Shown here in pieces: positions 47,903 to 60,014 of a stretch of 64,000 nucleotides of DNA. The stretch lies in the NCBI RefSeq assembly GCF_006345805.1, contig NC_042997.1, positions 53,382,001-53,446,000 on the forward strand. Direction: 5' to 3'. A program made the position numbers and the translations under genes. This DNA comes from Octopus sinensis (lineage: Eukaryota). A model generated the notes under the pieces. It did no database searches. It was given only the letters and a program-made list of their open reading frames with translations, and was not told the DNA's origin. The stretch's first letter is position 1, and every line of letters begins with the position of its first letter.

Positions 47903-48853
47903 GGGGGGGTGCAGAAATATAGGGGAGCACCAGTGGGAGGGGTGGTTCAGAGGACAGGTACTAGGCAAGTAGAACGTAGGATATCGAGAGAGGGGTAATG
48001 CATGGTGAAATAGCGTATTGAAGAGGGGGGTTCAAAGAGTAGACACCTATAATGGCGGTGGGGGGTGCAGAAATATAGGGGAGCACCAGTGGGAGGGGTG
48101 GTTCAGAGGACAGGTTCTAGGCAAGTAGAACGTAGGATATCGAGAGAGGGGTAATGCATGGTGAAATAGCGTATTGAAGAGGGGGGTTCAGAGAGTAGAC
48201 ACCTATAATGGTGGTGGGGGGGTGCAGAAATATAGGGGAGCACCAGTGGGAGGGGTGGTTCAGAGGACAGGTTCTAGGCAAGTAGAACGTAGGATATCGA
48301 GAGAGGGGTAATGCATGGTGAAATAGCGTATTGAAGAGGGGGGTTCAAAGAGTAGACACCTATAATGGTGGTGGGGGGGTGCAGAAATATAGGGGAGCAC
48401 CAGTGGGAGGGGTGGTTCAGAGGACAGGTTCTAGGCAAGTAGAACGTAGGATATCGAGAAGAGGGGTAATGCATGGTGAAATAGCGTATTGAAGAGGGGG
48501 GTTCAAAGAGTAGACACCTATAATGGTGGTGGGGGGGGGGGTGCAGAAATATAGGGGAGCACCAGTGGGAGGGGTGGTTCAGAGGACAGGTTCTAGGCAA
48601 GTAGAACGTAGGATATCGAGAGAGGGGTAATGCATGGTGAAATAGCGTATTGAAGAGGGGGGTTCAAAGAGTAGACACCTATAATGGTGGTGGTGGGGGG
48701 GGCAGAAATATAGGACAGCACCAGTGGGAGGGGTGGTTCAGAGGACAGGTTCTAGGCAAGTAGAACGTAGGATATCGAGAAGAGGGGTAATGCATGGTGA
48801 AATAGCGTATTGAAGAGGGGGGTTCAAAGAGTAGACACCTATAATGGTGGTGG
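47903..48853. repeat. Six tandem ~157-bp G-rich units
   Basis: The gcagaaatatagg anchor falls at 47911, 48067, 48224, 48381, 48543 and 48702; units differ mainly in G-run length. Confidence 0.97.
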
Positions 48854-48939
48854 GAGAAACGACATCCGGTATAGTTGGAGCAAAATAGAGATATCCGGTA
48901 TTGGTGGTGGTGGTGGTGGGGGTGGGTAGGGAGGGGGCG

Positions 48940-49566
48940 CCGCGAAGAATCGGCAGCCAATTTCTAATCAGCCCTGTAAGGGAGATAGATCTTAAATATC
49001 TATAACGATAACTAGTGAATTATACAGAATATGCAAAAACGAGGCGAGGCTGAAATAGTAAACAGAGTGGCGACTAGGGGGATCAGAATAATAATAATTA
49101 ATAAATAATAATAATAAATAGAGATACGGATGAATTAAAGTTCAAAGATTTCTTATCTTGGGATCACTTCGTTTACGGACAGACTTGGCAAAAGGAATTC
49201 GGAATCAAGAATGAGGCAGGTTACTAGCTTAAGTATGCATAGCCATGGCGAGGAGTAGGAAGAGAAGGAGTTCAGACAGACAATGTAAAAAGAGGGGGAG
49301 AGAAACCCCGCGAAGAATCGGCAGCCAATTTCTAATCAGCCCTGTAAGGGAGATAGATCTTAAATATCTATAACGATAACTAGTGAATTATACAGAATAT
49401 GCAAAAACGAGGCGAGGCTGAAATAGTAAACAGAGTGGCGACTAGGGGGATCAGAATAATAATAATTAATAAATAATAATAATAAATAGAGATACGGATG
49501 AATTAAAGTTCAAAGATTTCTTATCTTGGGATCACTTCGTTTACGGACAGACTTAGCAAAAGGAAT
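48940..49566. repeat. Two near-identical ~260-bp direct repeats, period 368 bp
   Basis: ccgcgaagaatcggcagcc...cgtttacggacagactt.gcaaaaggaatt starts at 48940 and 49308. Confidence 0.95.
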
Positions 49567-49567
49567 T

Positions 49568-49672
49568 TGGACTTATTCTTGGCAAGCCTAGTACTTATTC
49601 TGTCGGTCTATTTTGCCGAACCTCTAAGTTTTTGGGACGTAAACACACCAGCAAGCAATGTTGGGGGGACAA

Positions 49673-49741
<69 letters not shown>

Positions 49742-50100
49742 ATATATATATACATATATATACATACGACAGAGTTCTTTCAGTTTCCGTCTACCAAATC
49801 CACTCACAAGGCTTTGGTCAGCCCGAGGCTATAGTAGAAGACACTTGCACAAGGTGCCACTCAATGGGACTGAACCTGGAACCATGTGGTTAGTAAGCAA
49901 GCTACTTACCACACAGCCACTCCTACGTCTACACACACACATATATACTACAAGCTTCTTTCAGTTTCCATCTGCCGAATCCATTCACAAGGCTTTTGGT
50001 TGGCCCGAGGCTATAGTAGAAGACACTTGCCCACAGTGCCATGCAGTAGGACTGAACTCAGAACCATGTGGTTGGAAAGCAAGCTTCTTGATGCACAGTC
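49568..50100 (-). mobile_element. SINE family B plus a second 5' half
   Basis: Tail-truncated copy 49568-49930, then a repeated head at 49950-50100. Confidence 0.85.
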
Positions 50101-50581
50101 ATGAAGAAAAATATGTGAACAAATATCAGTGGCACAGTTTTGTTTAGAGAAGATCCTGATTCACCAGGAATTGATCCTTGCACTGTGGTCCTGAAAGCAT
50201 CACTGCGGCACATCAAATGTGACTTGCAGGTTCAGGTGATGAAACTGCAATGGATTGCCATCGACAAGGCATTGCTCTTTCCCACCGTTTTAGCAGCTGA
50301 GATCATAGGCCTTCATTTGCTTGTTCTCTTTTGGGGACTTTGGTTACTTTTTTGAAGTATGTCCTTCTAGATGCACCTAGGTCATTGGGAACAAACTCTC
50401 CTCACAAAAGTTTTAGCTGAGATGGTCTTGCTATATAACTGGTCACTTGAGAGTGTGTTGAAATCAGTGTCTGAGGAGAGGCTGTATATTGCATGTCACT
50501 CAGTGAAGAGTATTATCTCTACACAACCTTTGAGCCTTATACATTAATGATATGTATAGTATGTGCAACTCAATATACTCT

Positions 50582-50992
50582 TTTTACTCTCTTTTACTCT
50601 TTTACTTGTTTCAGTCATTTGACTGGCCATGGTGGAGCACCGCCTTTTAGTCGAGCAAATCGACCTCAGGACTTATTCTTTGTAAGTCTAGTACTTATTC
50701 TATCGGTCTCTTTTGCTGAACCGCTAAGTTACGGGGACATAAACACACCGGCATCGGTTGTCAAGCGATGTTGGGTGGACAAATACAGACACACAAACGT
50801 ATACACACACAAATATATGTACATATATATGACAGGCTTCTTTCAGTTTCCATCTACCAAATCCACTCACAAGGCTTTGGTTGGCCCGAGGCTATAGTAG
50901 AAGACACTTGCCCAAGGTGCCACGCAGTGGGACTGAACCCGGAACCATGTGGTTCATAGGCAAGCTACTTACCACATAGCCACTCCTACACC
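50582..50992 (-). mobile_element. SINE family B
   Basis: Full reverse copy. Confidence 0.9.
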
Positions 50993-51645
50993 TGATATTT
51001 GTATATCGTCATCGTCATTGTTTTAACATCCACTTTTCCATGCTTGCATAAGTCTCACAGAATTTGTTGATTTTCAACAGACAATTGCTGTTCTTTTTGC
51101 CAATCTTGTTGTTCATGAATAAGCATACTAAAATGCTGATAATATTAGCACAACTTGTTCTCATATAATATATGTAAAGTTGTAGTTTATATATGAAACA
51201 ATATACTAGAAAGTAGATAATATCATAAGTAAATACTTCAGAGAAGCTTTGAAAGAGTTTTCAAATATGTGAAGAGATGAAGTTGTGATGCTATGTAAAA
51301 TATTGAAGTTTGAGACTGGAAGCAGAAATAGCAGGTTTAATTATGTAAGGAAGAAGTCTTCAAATAAGTCTGTTTGATCTATTAGTTTGTCTGGTGGGTT
51401 TTGTTGACATATATTAGAACTTGACAGGTGCTCCTTAATTAACCAGGTGGAGTTGTAGGATACCAGAACTTCAATAAACATTTATGGAAGTGACAACATT
51501 CTCCAAAATTAGTATTTGAGTAATTCTCTGAGGGTTTTATGTTTTACAGTATGGTAGCTTCCTATATTATTAATATCTGAGTCTTCTCGTTCTACTGATA
51601 TATGGTCTGATTATTTCTCTCATAGATAAGAAATTACAGGGAAGA

Positions 51646-51870
51646 TTAACCCTTTAGCATTCCGATTATTCTGTCAAATATAATGCTTGTTTATTCACAA
51701 TGTTTTGAATTAATCATGCTCTGTCTGTACCATTGAGATTTCAATATGATTGTTTATTTTTAGAATGACATAGAAGGATAGGTGTGAGAAGCTGAATCTA
51801 GCCAGTTTGGACATAAAAAAAGGTAGATTATTTTAGCCAGATATGGCCAGTTTAAATACTAAAAGGTTAA
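51646..51870. mobile_element. piggyBac-type MITE
   Basis: TTAACCCTTTAG ... CTAAAAGGTTAA. Confidence 0.85.
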
Positions 51871-52187
51871 CAATTAAAAGTAGGAAAGTGGATAATTTAC
51901 AACAGTGGAATAATAGTAATGTAGTTAGTAAGTGGTTTGCAAACATTAGAGATAAATAAAATTCTAGATTTGCATAACTTCATATTATTGATTTCTTCTG
52001 TAGACAATCCTTTTAGATATCCAAAGAGGTACTATGAATTCACACATAGTAAGGAAACTTAGCTGTTTGGTAAAGGCTTGAGTGAAGAATGTCTGTGATT
52101 TCCTCAGATTTACCAACTCTGCTGACATTTGAACCATTTTCTCATTAATTCCCAACTAGGAGCTTTTTTCTCCTTATATATATATAT

Positions 52188-53439
52188 TGTTACGGAATCA
52201 CCCGTCGTCGCTCGCCCCGAACGGCTCACACAAGTTCCGCCACGGAACCCAAAGAGGCGGAGAGAGGAGATACAGATAGATACTGCCACAACCTTAACAG
52301 CACAGAGATACAGAGGCACAACCCGAGATACAACTCAAAGAGGCAAGGCAACAACTGGCAACACTGGCTTATATTCAAACAACAGTTTATACGACAATTA
52401 CAATTGTTACAACATCAAGATACATCAAAGCATGCACGTGACTACTCAATACATAATACAACAGCATTTCAAGAGTACAACTCAAAGCATAATACAACAT
52501 CATGTAACAATTCAAGAGTACACGTCCCAAGACAACAGTTCTTTAAAGTCTCTTCCTAAACATCACAATCAACAAGTCCTTTACTCTTCTTCTTCACAAT
52601 GTCCTTTATCGACCACATCGACAGAGTCCTTGACTGTTCTTTTCACTGTTCAATACACCGTGACACATATCAATGCACAAACACATACCTCAATTCCTAA
52701 TTGAATCTGCCAGTGTCCCATTCCTCTCAATACTGCTAATTCCTCTGAATACTGCTAATTCCCTTCTGTGCCGCCAAGCTTTCTTGCATCCAACTTGCTC
52801 CTAAGAATTCCAACGCTTGCTCCTTAAATCCAAGGTCCGTCTGTCTTCTTCGAGGACCGGCCAGCGACTGCAAGATCCGTCTGTGTTCTTCGACGACCGC
52901 TCAACGACTCCCTTCTTGACGACCAGCTACCAACTACCCAGATCCGTCCTTCTTGACGACCAACTGCGAACTGCCAGACCTCACTTCGTCTCTGTCTTTC
53001 TTCCACTCCCCTCATCTCCCTCTGTCTATATCGCTCTTACCCTCTCCAACTGCCCTGGTCCTTATACCCTATCTATATCGCCTGCTGTCTCTTAGCCTTT
53101 CTATTTGCTATCTGATTCCTTACTCTATCTATATCGCCTGCTGTCTCTTAGCCTCTCCATCCGTCCCCTACTGCTTATACCCTATCTCTATTTGCTCTCA
53201 GCCCTTAATCTGTCCCTTTTCTCTTACTGTCAACACCCTCTCCATCTGCTCTTAGATTCCCTTAATCTGTCTTCCTCTTTCACATTCTCACTGACCCTCT
53301 TATCAACCACACGAGGTCACAGGTCATTCCAAAACCCATCAGTCCTCCATTAGACAAAGAACCCGTCACATTTCACCAGACATCATGGTGCCATTATTCC
53401 TATGTGGGTCACCAGAAATGCACCTAGCCAACCGTAACA
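52188..53439. mobile_element. Probable solo LTR (Gypsy-like), 1252 bp
   Basis: Termini TGTTACGG / CCGTAACA form a perfect 8-bp inverted repeat, with ATAT on both sides; no RT or integrase coding; internal short tandem repeats. Confidence 0.75.
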
Positions 53440-53451
53440 ATATATATATAT

Positions 53452-53832
53452 GTCATCATCATCATCATCGTTTAACGTCCGTTTTCCATGCTAGCATGGG
53501 TTGGACGGTTCGACTGGGGTCTGGGAAGCCAGGAGGCTGCACCAGGCTCCAGTCTGATCTGGCAGTGTTTCTACTGCTGGATGCCCTTCCTAATGCCAAC
53601 CACTCCATGAGTGTAGTGGGTGCTTTTTACGTGCCACCGGCACAGGTGCCAGGGGAGGCTGGCAACGGCCACGATCAGTTGGTGGTTTTTACGTGCCAGC
53701 AACACGGAAGCCAGTCAAGGCAGCGCTGGCATTGGCCACAAACAGATGGTGCCTTTTACGTGCCATCGGCACAAGTGCAAGAGTAGGCTGGCAATGGCCA
53801 CGGTCGGTTGGTGCTTTTTACGTGCCACCGGC
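53452..53832 (-). mobile_element. RTE 3' tail copy with a UTR array
   Basis: (atc)n tail, then ggtgcttttacgtgccaccggcac units. Confidence 0.9.
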
Positions 53833-55140
53833 AATATATATGAGCATATTACATATACAGAATGGACTCTCAAAATAACACATGCACACTCACTAACAAA
53901 TACAAAAGCAAGCATGTATTTTCATACACATTAGCTTCTCCCTTTCTTTAACAGTCTTGTTTAACCGTTACATTTGTTGGTTACAATCAATACATTATTT
54001 GAGGTTCTCCAAGTCTAATTTACCTGCTGCTTTATGTTTCGTGATGAAGGGCTATTGTTCAAAATATGAAATGAAATTTATTCCTTTCTCATATAGTGTT
54101 TAATTAATTATTTGTGTGCTCCTGTGCTTGTGTTTTTGTTCTTGAGTTCTTTAGATTAATCTACATATGCAATGTTTACAAAGGCCTGTATCTGTCTGTC
54201 TCAGTCTTATTCATTCACTTTTTCTAGTCTGTATACTTACATACTTACATGAATGCATTTATATCCACCCATTTATTGTTACCTTCTTCTTCCTCATTGT
54301 CGTCATCATCATTATCATCTTTTCCTTGATTATCATGTTCACATTCCATGCTTGCATGGGTTGGTCAAGTCAACACTGTCTGAGTGAGTTCTGTCCTCGT
54401 AGACTGGTACTCATACATTTCATTTTGGTTTGGTTCTATAGTTGGATGTCCTTACTATTACCAACCACTTTACAAAGTGTACTGTGTGCATTTTATCATC
54501 GTACCAGCATTAGAGAGGACAAGATAAGCCCAAGGGGTTTATTTTCTCTGCTTGCTTGCCAATCATTCTACAGAGTGAACCATGTGCATTTTGTATTGGC
54601 ACCAGCAAGATGTGTACATTTGTCCTAGACAACATAACCAAAGTAGGGAATAGGTAAGAGAGCAGTAACAGAAGAAAAGCATGAATGGATGGGTGAAGGG
54701 AGTAAGAGAATGATGATAGTAACAGAGTGATTAGAGCAAAGAAGAGAGGAGAGAGTACCGGGTTATAGCAAGGGTTGAGAGAAAAGTAAGAATCTGTGAT
54801 ATATGATGTATGTTTTTAACTTGACTGCAGCAACCATTTTCAAGTCAACTTGCTCTACAAGGCGCTTCTAAGTGGGTTCTTTAAGCTTGAAACCATAAGT
54901 CAAATAATTGTTTTATTTAGTCTCTAATCAGTTAGGTATTCCCAGTCATCTAATTTCTCTAGTCTCTTTGAATGTACTTTGTTATAGTTATAATCGTTCT
55001 CTGGAACATGATTTTGACACTCAACTGATAGAAAGCTCAGTCTACCAAGGCGATTTAATGCAGCTGGCTTTTAATTTCTTGTAAGCAAATGTCAATTCCT
55101 GTGCTTTTACCTCTATGCTAACTCAGCTTCCTTTATTAGA

Positions 55141-55156
55141 ACAACAACAACACCAA

Positions 55157-55193
<37 letters not shown>

Positions 55194-55256
55194 GTACTAC
55201 TACTACTACTATCACCACCACCACCACCACCACCACCACTACTACTACTACTACTG
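55141..55256. repeat. (CAA)(CTA)(CCA) trinucleotide microsatellite
   Basis: Direct sequence inspection. Confidence 0.95.
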
Positions 55257-56220
55257 TTTCATTTGAACCTTTGCATAAATTTAACCTATTGCATTGACTA
55301 ATTTTTATCATATGCAATTTTTTTTTCTTTTTTGTTTTGATTCTATTCTGTTGACTTTTCATAGTTGGAAGTAAATGTCAGATTTGGTTGGGAATAATTA
55401 AAACGTTAACCTATATTTATTTATATCTGAACAGTCGGTCATTGTTAAGAAAATTAATTGCAAAATAAAATAAAGTGATCAATCCAACTGCTGTAATATG
55501 CATAGTTTTTAATGTGTTTTTTTAAAAAAATTTTTTCTTTCATTTTAATTCTGTTTCTTTTTCGGTCATACTTTGCTTTCATTGCCCCATGTGCAATTCA
55601 TAGAAAACCTGAAATGTTTTTCTTTGTATATTCTGCACATTTGATTGGTTTCTCACTTCAAGAGATTGAACCAAAAGATCAGTCTAAAAGGTCAAATATT
55701 GACCTATAGCTACGTTTTCACTCTCAATACATAAGAGACATATAGTCTTTGTACTAAAAACTAAATGTTTCATGAAAAATGCATGTTTTGGGTTGTAGTG
55801 AAATGTGGACTAGTATCAAATATAACTGGCTCATGTTGTTTCTTTACAATCATGATGCTACTTACATCAGTATTTCTTCTTTGATTTTGTTTTCATGGAC
55901 ATGCTGCAGCACATTTTGATACTAATGTTAGTTTTGTTTTAAATTTGCCTTAATTAGTTATTGTTTTATACTCTAGTAATGATATTCTTTTAGCCACACA
56001 CACACACACACATTTATATGTATATATATTCATTCATACCATCTGCTTGTATTAAAAATTTATATATATATATATAGTGAGAATTTACAAAAAAAAAACA
56101 AGACGAAGATGGGTGTGTATTAGTTTAATGCTTGGGAATTGTGAAAGTTTTTTACATTTTGAGCCTACGCTCTTCAACAGAAATAAACAGGGTTCAGAAA
56201 ATAGAAATATATATATATAT

Positions 56221-56530
56221 AATTTTAATACAAGATGGAATGAACAGGCTTTAATTCAAATCACTACATTTGTTTCTGTGCATTAGTATCAGCTGGAAAT
56301 TGCCAAGTGTTTCACATATTATACACATCCTTGCATAAATATGATCCAAAAATAATTGTGTACCTGCATGTCTTCAGGTGAATTGGTTTGATAGCACTGC
56401 AGTGGATCATATTAAGGCAATGATGTGTATAATATGTGAAGCACTGAGCAATTACCAACTGATACTAATACACAGAACCAATTGTAGCGGTTTGGATTAA
56501 AGCCTGTTCATTCCATCTTGTATTATAATT
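56221..56530. repeat. Hairpin element: ~128-bp arms, 54-bp loop
   Basis: 56221-56348 is the imperfect reverse complement of 56403-56530; the loop has CACCTGAAGA on the minus strand. Confidence 0.85.
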
Positions 56531-56719
56531 TTATTCATATAAATTCTATGGATATTAACAAATTTCCACATGTATATCCAGTAAGAGGATAATTCTTGCT
56601 GTATGATAACATAGGGAAACTGATACCTATAGAGGAACTTATGAATGTGTGTATATGTATTTATATCCTCTTTGGCTGTCTGTTGTAGGTTGGCGTTGAA
56701 TGTTCTTGTTCAGTAATCA

Positions 56720-56960
56720 TCTCTGGCAGGCTCGCATGTGGGCTACAAGGCCTGCTCTTGATCTGTAGCAGTGATGGCATCTGCTGCAGGTGTAGCTACT
56801 TGATGCAATGGAGAAGTGATGACTCTCATGTTCTCTTTCACAGTCTTGGAATTATGAGCTTCAGTGACTGGTGGCATTCATTGTGCCACAGGGCCTTCTC
56901 TTCTCAGGTGTCTAGGGAGATGCCAGAGTTCTTCATATGTCTCTTCAGCACATCCCTGTA
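56720..56960 (-). mobile_element. RTE-type LINE ORF2 C-terminus with zinc-finger motif
   Basis: RDVLKRHMKNSGISLDT ... YTCSRCHHCYRSRAGLVAHMRACQR-stop. Confidence 0.75.
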
Positions 56961-57315
56961 TGTGTGTGTATATATATATATGTGTGTGTATGTGTGTATC
57001 GTTTGTAGAAAACATAAATCTGGAGAAGAAGCACTCTCTAAGATATAGAGCAGTGTACATTTTAATGGGGGAGGCTGAGCATTTTGGAATCTGCAAGATG
57101 GCAGCACTGCTAGAAACATTTCCAAGGTCAAATCGTTCCATGTTTATTAGAAACATGTGGTTTCTGTAAAATGTGTAGAAGCATGGCACTGGTTAGCTAT
57201 TTAACAGAAACCACGGGGTCTCTGTGAAAAACTCTGGCTAGGGATTGCAAAGTTTCTGGCTGTGCCGCCATTATAGAAATTCCCAAATGCTTGGCCTCTC
57301 CCATTAACACACACA

Positions 57316-57370
<55 letters not shown>

Positions 57371-57809
57371 ATATATATATATATAATATATATATATATG
57401 TATGTATATATATATTTATTGCATTATATTAAAGGTTACATGTGAACTTGAGATAGTTGAAATATTTTTTCCCCAGTAACATCTCCCCACCCCTCTTAGC
57501 TATTATATATGAAATCCTTTTTTTCATTATGTGATTGGAATGTGGAAAGTTGGGTATAATTAGAATTAGATATGACTATTCAAATAAAATTTTCAATATT
57601 ATAAAAGCAATTTCAATTAATTTTTTTCTATAGACTTATAATCATATACGCATTGATTTTGATAAAATATTGAATGAAACATTTTTAGATTGTAGAATAC
57701 ATAGGAATAATATACTCAATTTAAAGTTGTAGAAGTTACAGAATTGACAAAAAATTCACAGGTTATTCTACAAATTTATGCAATCTAAAGAAAACCTGGA
57801 AACAAACTA

Positions 57810-59419
57810 CACTGGCGAAAATAAATTCAAGACCGATGATAAAAGTTTTATGTCTTACAAAATATTTTGTTACTAATACCATACAAATTATTTTTATCTT
57901 TTACACATTATGCAGTATTTATTTCTCTTTCGAATGATGCAGATAATAACTATTTTTTATACAATTTGAAGAATTCTAATGCTAAATTAATATAAACGTT
58001 TAAAATTTACCGGCAAAATTAGTTTAAGACCATGTAATATGTATGCAAATTTTTTGCTAAAATGGGTGGTCACACAACTAGCCTAACTGTATAGTTTAAC
58101 GTTATTATACAATTGATTAATAATGGGGAAACAACGTAGCCTCAGTCCAGTCATGAGAGCAAAAATCGTATTACTCCACCAGCAAAAAGTTTCCTTTTTG
58201 AACATCAACAAACAACTAAAGTGCTGTAAAACGGCTTGTGTGTAAGCGTGGAAGTTATACTCAGAGACTGGTCAATATAAAGATCGGCAAAGGACTGGCG
58301 CCCCAAGAAAAACAACGGTGCACTTGGACCGTCGAATCCACAGACTTTTGGAAGGCAACCGAATGCTGACAGCTGTTGGCATTTGTAAACAATTGTCCAA
58401 CAAGAATGATGTTATTTTTACACTACAAACCGTTTGCAACCGTTTGAGAGAATTTGGACTACATGGACGAATTGCTAGGAAAAAGCCAATAATATCTGAA
58501 AGAAATCGACTCAAATGCCTTAATTTCACAAAAAGCCATGCTCAATGGACTGCCAAAGATTGGTGCAGGGTCCTTTGAAGTGACGAGTCACGCTTCTGTA
58601 TATTTGGATCAGATGGTAAAACACACGTCAGATGTTGTCAAACTGAGGAATTCCATCCGAACTGTGTGAAAAAGATGGTGCAAGCGGGGGGTGGGGGGTG
58701 ATGGTGTGGGCGTCATTTAGTAGCGTTGGTGTTGGCCCTCTAGTTAAAGTTGATGGAAAGCTAAATAGTGTAGGTTATATGAATCTACTAAAGGATAATG
58801 TTGTGCCATATTTGACTCACCAAATGCCTCTGGGGACTATTTATCAGCAGGACAATAGTCCTGTGCACAAAGCCAAAAAGGTTATGGAATTTTTTGATCC
58901 CCATAATATTGATGTAATCGAATGGCCTCCCCAGAGCCCGGACCCGAATCTGATCGAGAACTTGTGGGATTATGTTTCCAAAAAAGTCCATGATAAAAAA
59001 ACCATCTAATCTAAAATAATTATTCGATTATATCAATGAAATATGGCAAAACATTCCCACAGAATTTTGTAATCACTTAGCGAATTCAATTCCGAGGCGT
59101 TGTCAGCCGTTATTAAGAATAAAGGCTACGGCACAAAGTACTAATATGTATTTCGTTCTTGTTGCTAATTTTTGCTTTAAATAAAATTATAATGATATGG
59201 TCTTAAACTAATTCTGTCGGTAAATTTTAAACGTTTATATTAATTTAGCATTAGAATTCTTCAAGTTGTATAAGAATTGTTATTTTCTGCATCATTCGAA
59301 AGAGAAATAAATTCTGCATAAGGTGTAAAAGATAAATATAATTTGTATGGTGTTAGTAACAAAATATTTTGTAAGAAATAGAACTTTTATCATCGGTCTT
59401 AAATTTATTTTCGCTAGTG
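57810..59419 (+). mobile_element. Full-length Tc1 (DD34E) DNA transposon with ~230-bp IR/DR termini
   Basis: TA|CACTGGCGAAAA ... TTTTCGCTAGTG|TA; TIRs at 57810-58040 and 59190-59419; internal transposase. Confidence 0.96.
58123..59144 (+). pseudogene. Tc1 transposase pseudogene
   Basis: MGKQRSLS..., GAPRKT, SDES, VMVW, QQDNSPVH, WPPQSPDPNLIEN (34 residues between D and E), ...GYGTKY-stop; about three internal stops and three frameshifts. Confidence 0.95.
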
Positions 59420-60014
59420 TATGTAAAACTGTTGTTATTCAAATTCATTCGTTTCTATATTGGTTTTTGCTTTCAGTATCTTTTAATGATCCAACTTTGA
59501 AAGAGTCTTAATATAATTAATTATACCAAAAAATTCTACCCCTAAATTGAAGCTTAAGTTCAAACCTATTTCTGGTCAATTACACTGGAATTTCTTAAGT
59601 TGTATATAATGTTAAGAACAGCTGAAATAGTATTTCTAAAACCTTTACCATCTTATAATACTTAAACCCAATTCATTGCTAAAACATTTGGTTTGAGTCC
59701 AGAAAATGATCTTGTTGCCTTATTTTAGTGTGTTGTCCATAGAGTTTATTTATTTTGTATTGTAATTGTTGAACAATACTTTTATTAGTTACAGATTTCG
59801 CTTTGCCAATTATGAGTACACTGCATTTTTTACAGTGAGAATGACAAGGGAGTGTCTTTAATTCTATGCAGAACAAATAGTTGAAGAGATAAATTTCATT
59901 TATAAAGTATTGGTTTCTTGGTTCTCTTGCTGATGTATATATCCTTCACTGATATATATATCTGTGAAAGATGACAGGCTGTTTCAGTTTCTCACAAATT
60001 CCACTCACAAGATA

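Noticed and set aside
47903-48853. CRISPR-like array
   Set aside because: The units are full tandem copies with no unique spacers, no cas genes are present, and the context is eukaryotic. The RTE UTR arrays fail for the same reasons.
52129-52704. 191-aa Thr/Gln-rich ORF
   Set aside because: It lies almost wholly inside the LTR-like element, reflects A/C strand bias and has no gag or pol motif.
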